From: Thermovirgaceae bacterium
GTDB taxonomy: Bacteria > Synergistota > Synergistia > Synergistales > Thermovirgaceae
Assembly (NCBI GenBank): GCA_046542505.1
Contig: JBKHBH010000015.1
Location: 1 to 32,001 of the forward strand
Reading direction: 5' to 3'
DNA length: 32,001 nucleotides
Shown: in pieces, positions 27,436-32,001 of the stretch
How the letters are laid out: every line of letters starts with the position of its first letter
Position numbering within the stretch: position 1 is the first letter of the stretch
Translations under genes and position numbers: made by a program
Notes under the pieces: model-generated
Seen by the model: only the letters and a program-made list of their open reading frames with translations
Databases searched by the model: none
What the model was told of the DNA's origin: nothing

Positions 27436-27464
27436 TTGCAATGTCCCGAAGGGCCATATATAAT
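27436..27464 (+). promoter_or_regulatory. tRNA promoter (TTGCAA-17-TATAAT)
   Basis: Hexamers with 17-nt spacer ending 10 nt before the tRNA. Confidence 0.75.
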
Positions 27465-27474
27465 GTCCAGGCAA

Positions 27475-27549
27475 GGGCGACTAGCTCAGCGGGAGAGCGC
27501 TTCCCTCACACGGAAGAGGTCACAGGTTCGAAACCTGTGTCGCCCACCA
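27475..27549 (+). tRNA. tRNA-Val (anticodon CAC)
   Basis: Acceptor GGGCGAC/GTCGCCC, D arm GCTC..GAGC, anticodon stem CTTCC-CT-CAC-AC-GGAAG, T arm ACAGG-TTCGAAA-CCTGT, encoded CCA. Confidence 0.96.
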
Positions 27550-27555
27550 GAAAGT

Positions 27556-27585
27556 AAAAGGACGGGTTTCTACCCGTCCTTTTTT
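27556..27585. terminator. Bidirectional Rho-independent terminator between tRNA-Val and purA
   Basis: AAAAGGACGGGT-TTCT-ACCCGTCCTTTTTT. Confidence 0.88.
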
Positions 27586-27612
27586 GTCCATTGTCTCTTC
27601 CCGCCTCTGATC

Positions 27613-28899
27613 CTAAAGGCCCCGCCTGACCATCTGCTCACGCTTCGCCCCAACGCCAATGAATACCACCGGAACGCCCGTTTCCCCCTCAATGAAGGAA
27701 ACGTAGTTTCTGGCTGCCTCCGGAAGCGAATCCCATGTATCGCATGCGCTGATGTCTTTATCCCATCCAGGGAATTCCCGGTAAATCGGCTTCACATTCT
27801 CGAGGTAGGAGTATCCACCCCGGAAATTCTCCTCTCTATGTCCTTCATGGGAATAGGCTACACAAACGGGAAGGGTCTTCTCCCCCGAAAGCACGTCCAG
27901 CTTTGTCAGGGCGATTCCCGTGAGTCCGTTCACGCGAACGGCGTGCTTCAGGGCCACAAGGTCAAGCCAGCCGCACCGTCTCGGGCGCCCCGTGGTCGCT
28001 CCATATTCCCCTCCACGGTCTCGCAGGCGGTCGCTGGCTTCCTCCTTAGCTTCAGTGGGGAAAGGACCTGCCCCAACACGTGTGCAATAGGCCTTTGTCA
28101 CTCCTGTCATTCGGGAAATCCGCACCGGCCCTATTCCCGCGCCTGCGCACCCTCCTCCTCCAATGGCATTTGAACTTGTAACGAAGGGGTACGTTCCGTG
28201 GTCAATGTCAAGCAACGTCCCCTGAGCTCCTTCAAGAAGCACCGTCTCCCCCGCATCAAGAGCCCGGTGAATCACCAGCGAACCGTCACCGGTATAAGGA
28301 GCAAGGCGTTCGCCCCAGGCAATGGCTTCATCGTAGATTTCACCGAAGGAAAGGGGCGGCTCTTCATAGATACGGGTTAAAAGCATATTGTTATACTCCA
28401 GGTTGAAGGTCAGTTTTTCCCTGAGGATGTCAGGTTCCAGAAGATCTTCCACCCGGATGCCCCGTCTGCTCACCTTGTCCATGTAGCAGGGCCCTATTCC
28501 TCTTCGCGTTGTGCCGATCCGTTTGCCCGTACCGCGAAACCTCTCCTCCATGCCATCGAGAACCTTGTGATAGGGCATGACTACGTGTGCATTTCTGCTG
28601 ACTACGAGGCGTGCCCTGTCCTTGCCCTTTTTCTGCAGGCCCTCGAGTTCCTCTATCAACTGTTGCGGATCGACGACCACTCCGTTTCCGATCACGCAGG
28701 TTTTACCGGGATAGAGCATTCCCGAAGGCAAAAGGTGGAAAATGTATGTCTCGCCTTCGGCCATGACTGTGTGGCCGGCATTGGCGCCACCCTGGTACCT
28801 GACGACCACGTCTACCCGCGAGGCAACTGCATCCACAACCCGTCCCTTGCCCTCGTCGCCCCACTGGGTTCCGATGATCGCCTCGACCTTGCCTTTCAT
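27613..28899 (-). CDS. purA: Adenylosuccinate synthetase
   Basis: QWGDEGKG, RYQGGANAGHT, IGTT.RGIGPCY, EGAQG..LDIDHGTYPFVTSS, EYGATTGRPRRCGWLD, TKLDVL. Confidence 0.97.
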   Translation of the reverse strand: MKGKVEAIIGTQWGDEGKGRVVDAVASRVDVVVRYQGGANAGHTVMAEGETYIFHLLPSGMLYPGKTCVIGNGVVVDPQQLIEELEGLQKKGKDRARLVVSRNAHVVMPYHKVLDGMEERFRGTGKRIGTTRRGIGPCYMDKVSRRGIRVEDLLEPDILREKLTFNLEYNNMLLTRIYEEPPLSFGEIYDEAIAWGERLAPYTGDGSLVIHRALDAGETVLLEGAQGTLLDIDHGTYPFVTSSNAIGGGGCAGAGIGPVRISRMTGVTKAYCTRVGAGPFPTEAKEEASDRLRDRGGEYGATTGRPRRCGWLDLVALKHAVRVNGLTGIALTKLDVLSGEKTLPVCVAYSHEGHREENFRGGYSYLENVKPIYREFPGWDKDISACDTWDSLPEAARNYVSFIEGETGVPVVFIGVGAKREQMVRRGL

Positions 28900-28902
28900 C
28901 CG

Positions 28903-29718
28903 CTATTCCTCCTCATTGCCGTGTGAAATTCTCGATAGGTACTCCGGCACGGTGACAAATTGTACATCAGGAGGGGCCGATTCGTACAGCGCAAAAAGGA
29001 AAGGGATCGTCTCCGGCCTCGCGTGGCATATGCCGATGGCGCCTCCATTCTTTCGTGCAATATTTCTGAGTTCATAAAACCGGCTCCACATGTATTCGGC
29101 ATTTGCTTCATGATCAAGGAAAATCCTGTTCTGTCCCGCCGGAATCCCACGTGTTTTGGCAACACTGTAGGCAACTGATTTCGAGCTCGTTCTGCTGTCC
29201 ACGAGCAAAAGGCCTTCCACCTTGATTTCGTCGACAACAGCGTCCATTACCACGGGATCGGATGTCGCTTTAGAACCCCGGTGATTATTCAGTCCTGAAG
29301 TTCCGGGAAGAGACCAGAGGGCGTTTCTTACGATCTGGCGTATACGCTCCTGCTGCATTCCCACTCCAACGAGATAGGGACCATTCTGCGGATCTATTTC
29401 CGCTTGCATCGGAAGGTGTGTCAAAAAGGGTATGCCTTTTTCCCGTGCCAGGTCCGCCGTCCAAAGGCTGTGCGATTTGTAGGGGATGATCGCCCAGGTT
29501 ACGGGCATGGGGAGACGAGACAGGGCTTTTGCCGCCTCACGTGAATACCCGAGGTCGTCGATAAGGATCGCTATGGGTATTCCACCCGATTCCACCCCTG
29601 CAGCGCTATCAACCCGCAGACTAAAAGCCGGCAGGATGATGCAGATCACCAGAAAGACTCGAAGAAGCTGAAGGAGATACTTCCTTCTTTCCGTCATGTC
29701 CTTCGACGGACCTTTCAC
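28903..29718 (-). CDS. Divergent polysaccharide deacetylase family protein (YibQ-like)
   Basis: AILIDDLGY, HLPMQ, GLNNHRGS, DSRT, R.FLD, AIGICH; start uncertain (TTG 29718 or a downstream ATG). Confidence 0.88.
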   Translation of the reverse strand: MKGPSKDMTERRKYLLQLLRVFLVICIILPAFSLRVDSAAGVESGGIPIAILIDDLGYSREAAKALSRLPMPVTWAIIPYKSHSLWTADLAREKGIPFLTHLPMQAEIDPQNGPYLVGVGMQQERIRQIVRNALWSLPGTSGLNNHRGSKATSDPVVMDAVVDEIKVEGLLLVDSRTSSKSVAYSVAKTRGIPAGQNRIFLDHEANAEYMWSRFYELRNIARKNGGAIGICHARPETIPFLFALYESAPPDVQFVTVPEYLSRISHGNEEE

Positions 29719-30890
29719 CGCATCTCCCTGAGTTTTTCCAGGGCCTTTTGCAGTTGCTCATCTTCTTCGCGCTCTTTCCCGAATTCGCCTTCGACTTCAA
29801 TGTCCGGTTCCAGACCGACCTTGTCAATAACATTCCCGTCGGGCGTGTAATATTGCGCGATGGTCACGAAAATCCCCGAGGCGTCGGGAAGGTTAAAAAG
29901 GGTCTGCACCGAGCCTTTCCCGAAGGTCTTCTTTCCAACAAGCACCGCTTTTTCATGAGCCTTGAGGGCTCCGGCAAGAATTTCCGAAGCGCTTGCGCTC
30001 CCCTCGTTGATGAGGACCACCATGGGCAGTTCCACAACTGTCCCGGAATTAGCATAAAGTACCTCGTTTGCCCTTTCGAAGCGACCCCGTGTGCTGACGA
30101 TAACGCCGCCCTCGAGGAACATGTCGGCTATATCGACGCAGACATCCAGAAGTCCCCCGGGATTGTTCCGCAAGTCAAGGACCAGGTCCTTGGCGCCTTT
30201 GGATGCTACGTCTCGTATGGCTTCGCGGAATTCTCCTTCGGTTTTCTGGTTGAACTGCGAAATCCTGAGATACCCCGTGTCGCCGATCATTTCGTGGCGT
30301 ACAGTGTGTATCCGGATCTGCTCCCGCCTGATGTCAAATTCGAGAAGCTGATTCTCACCTTCCCGCCTGACCCAGATTGACACTTCAGTTCCAGGTTTGC
30401 CTCGGAGATTATCCACCACCTTGTTCTGGTCCCATCCGAGGATGACTTCGTCCTCGATCTTGACGATCTCGTCTCCCGGCTTCAGACCGACTCGGTCGGC
30501 GGGTGTTCCCTCTATAGGACTCACAACGATGGTCCGGCCGTCCCGTTGGCTGATGTAGATCCCGAGACCACCGTATTCGCCCTCCATTTCTATTTCCTCT
30601 TCTTTCAGTTCATCGGGGTCTACAAAACGTGTATAGGGATCGTTCCAGGCCTTCACCATCCCGTGAATGGCACCGTACAGAAGATCTTTTTCCCTGATAT
30701 CCTCGTTGCCCTCGACGTGATAGGTTTCCACGATAGTCCGGGCCTGCTTGATGAGCCACAAATCAGAGGCCGAAAAGGGAACGATCCGGGAAAAGTCATA
30801 CTCTTCGCTTGCGCCGGCGGAAAAAATCCCGCCTGCGATCAAAGAACCTATCAGTATACCAAGCAATACATCGCGAAACCGTCGTGACAT
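29715..30890 (-). CDS. ctpA: Carboxyl-terminal processing protease (S41 family, PDZ)
   Basis: DPYT, GLG, PA...GLKPGD, LDLRNNPGGLL, SASASEI, TFGKGSVQ, YYTP.G. Confidence 0.93.
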   Translation of the reverse strand: MSRRFRDVLLGILIGSLIAGGIFSAGASEEYDFSRIVPFSASDLWLIKQARTIVETYHVEGNEDIREKDLLYGAIHGMVKAWNDPYTRFVDPDELKEEEIEMEGEYGGLGIYISQRDGRTIVVSPIEGTPADRVGLKPGDEIVKIEDEVILGWDQNKVVDNLRGKPGTEVSIWVRREGENQLLEFDIRREQIRIHTVRHEMIGDTGYLRISQFNQKTEGEFREAIRDVASKGAKDLVLDLRNNPGGLLDVCVDIADMFLEGGVIVSTRGRFERANEVLYANSGTVVELPMVVLINEGSASASEILAGALKAHEKAVLVGKKTFGKGSVQTLFNLPDASGIFVTIAQYYTPDGNVIDKVGLEPDIEVEGEFGKEREEDEQLQKALEKLREMR

Positions 30891-30919
30891 TCCTTTTTCT
30901 CCATCCCTTCAATACTTTT

Positions 30920-32001
30920 TCAGCGCCCCAGGTATCTCATGGGATCCCGCGCCTCTCCGTTGACCCTAACCTCAAAGTGCAAATGCGACGCCGTAGCGAC
31001 GCCCGTCTGCCCTACCTTCCCAATCTGCTGCCCCGCCTTTACAGCCTGACCTTCCTGGATACCAATCTGTGAAAGATGTGCGTAGACAGTTGTCAGATCA
31101 CTCCCGTGATCCAGGATAACTATCTGGCCGTATCCCCGAAGCCAGCCGGCGTAAAGCACTTCTCCTGACTCCGCCGCCCTGACCGGATCACCCTGTCTTG
31201 CATCTATATCAATCCCAGTGTGCATCGTTTTGGTCTTGAAGGTCGGATGCACTCTCATGCCGAAGGTACTTGTAACCTTCCCTTTTATTGGCCATTGAAG
31301 CTTTCCGCCGCTGTAAGTCAAGACTTTCGTATTTCTTGACTCCGCAAGCTGGCGTTTTTTTGCCAAAAGCTCCTTGATCTTCCCCTGGAGTTCCTTCTCG
31401 GCCTGCTGAAGCTCGCGCATCGCCCTGGCATGGGCATCTTTCCGCTCTGCGAGGGATTCAAGCATGCTTTCCCTCTGCCTTTCGGCGCTCTTGAGGGACT
31501 TTTTCCTTGTCTCGAGGTCGGCGCGCTGTTGTTGAAGCATCCGTTTCTGGTGCTCCATTTCCGCCTTTGCGGCCTCGAGTTGCCTCGCCGATTCGGCGAG
31601 TTCTCCGATGATCCGCTGATCCTGTCTGGCGATTTTCGACAACAGATATGAATTTGTCATCGCCTCATGAGCATTTCCCGCCGAAAAGAGCAGGTTGAAA
31701 TTCGCCACGTTCCCGTATTTGTATATAGCCACGATCCTGTCGCCCAAAGCGCCTTTCGTCCGGGCGATCTGCCTTTCCGTCTTCGCGATCTTTTCGACAG
31801 TCTCCTCGATTTTAAGCTGGGTCTGTTGCTCCTTGAGTGTCAACAAGCGTATCTGTTGTTCCAACAGGGTAATGTTCTGGTTGATCTGTGAAAGGTCGTT
31901 GAGGACGGATTTTTCCTTTTTCTTCGTTTGCATGACCTGCCGCTGGTGGTATTCCATCTGCCGTTTGATCGTCTCCAGGCGTTTTTCCTCGTTTTTAATG
32001 G
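30920..32001 (-). CDS. Murein hydrolase activator EnvC-like / M23 peptidase with coiled coil (5' end outside window)
   Basis: Long coiled coil, then WPIKG, HTGIDI, GYGQ...DHG, YAHLS, HLHFEVR; frame stays open to the window edge. Confidence 0.9.
   Translation of the reverse strand, partial: IKNEEKRLETIKRQMEYHQRQVMQTKKKEKSVLNDLSQINQNITLLEQQIRLLTLKEQQTQLKIEETVEKIAKTERQIARTKGALGDRIVAIYKYGNVANFNLLFSAGNAHEAMTNSYLLSKIARQDQRIIGELAESARQLEAAKAEMEHQKRMLQQQRADLETRKKSLKSAERQRESMLESLAERKDAHARAMRELQQAEKELQGKIKELLAKKRQLAESRNTKVLTYSGGKLQWPIKGKVTSTFGMRVHPTFKTKTMHTGIDIDARQGDPVRAAESGEVLYAGWLRGYGQIVILDHGSDLTTVYAHLSQIGIQEGQAVKAGQQIGKVGQTGVATASHLHFEVRVNGEARDPMRYLGR

Noticed and set aside
27475..27612. tRNA-Val as an integration site for a genomic island
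   Set aside because: No integrase and no duplicated tRNA 3' end seen; the tRNA is followed directly by a terminator and purA.
27403..28173. 256-aa plus-strand ORF
   Set aside because: It runs through the tRNA and terminator and is antisense to purA.

Overview
Core-genome window from a moderately GC-rich anaerobic bacterium. Gene content and order suggest Synergistota; this is inference. The minus-strand block at about 1-14.6 kb holds a CIRCE/HrcA-controlled heat-shock and translation cluster: hrcA-grpE-dnaK-dnaJ-prmA-rsmE-mtaB, then a branched-chain polyamine synthase (bpsA-like) inserted before HIT-rpsU-yqeY. It is followed by nrdR, an apparently 5'-truncated liv ABC transporter operon (livM-livG-livF only), pgsA and the start of a tryptophanase-family lyase. 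The middle holds a histidine phosphatase, a divergent CoA-disulfide-reductase/NADH-oxidase-like flavoprotein, folP-folK and an exported hypothetical protein. On the opposite strand lie copA-copZ, 2-oxoacid:ferredoxin oxidoreductase alpha/beta and an exported superoxide-reductase-like protein. A CsoR-type palindrome overlaps divergent promoters for copA and an arsF/arsG-like pair. The right end holds DUF554, a small zinc-ribbon gene, tRNA-Val(CAC), and convergent envC-ctpA-yibQ-purA. I saw no mobile elements, CRISPR arrays or prophage. Best leads: bpsA embedded in the heat-shock operon, a putative copper regulon with ArsFG-like genes lacking arsE, the exported SOR-like protein, the broken liv locus and a candidate Arg-rich leader ORF on the tryptophanase gene. 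All family calls are from motif recognition; no database searches were run.
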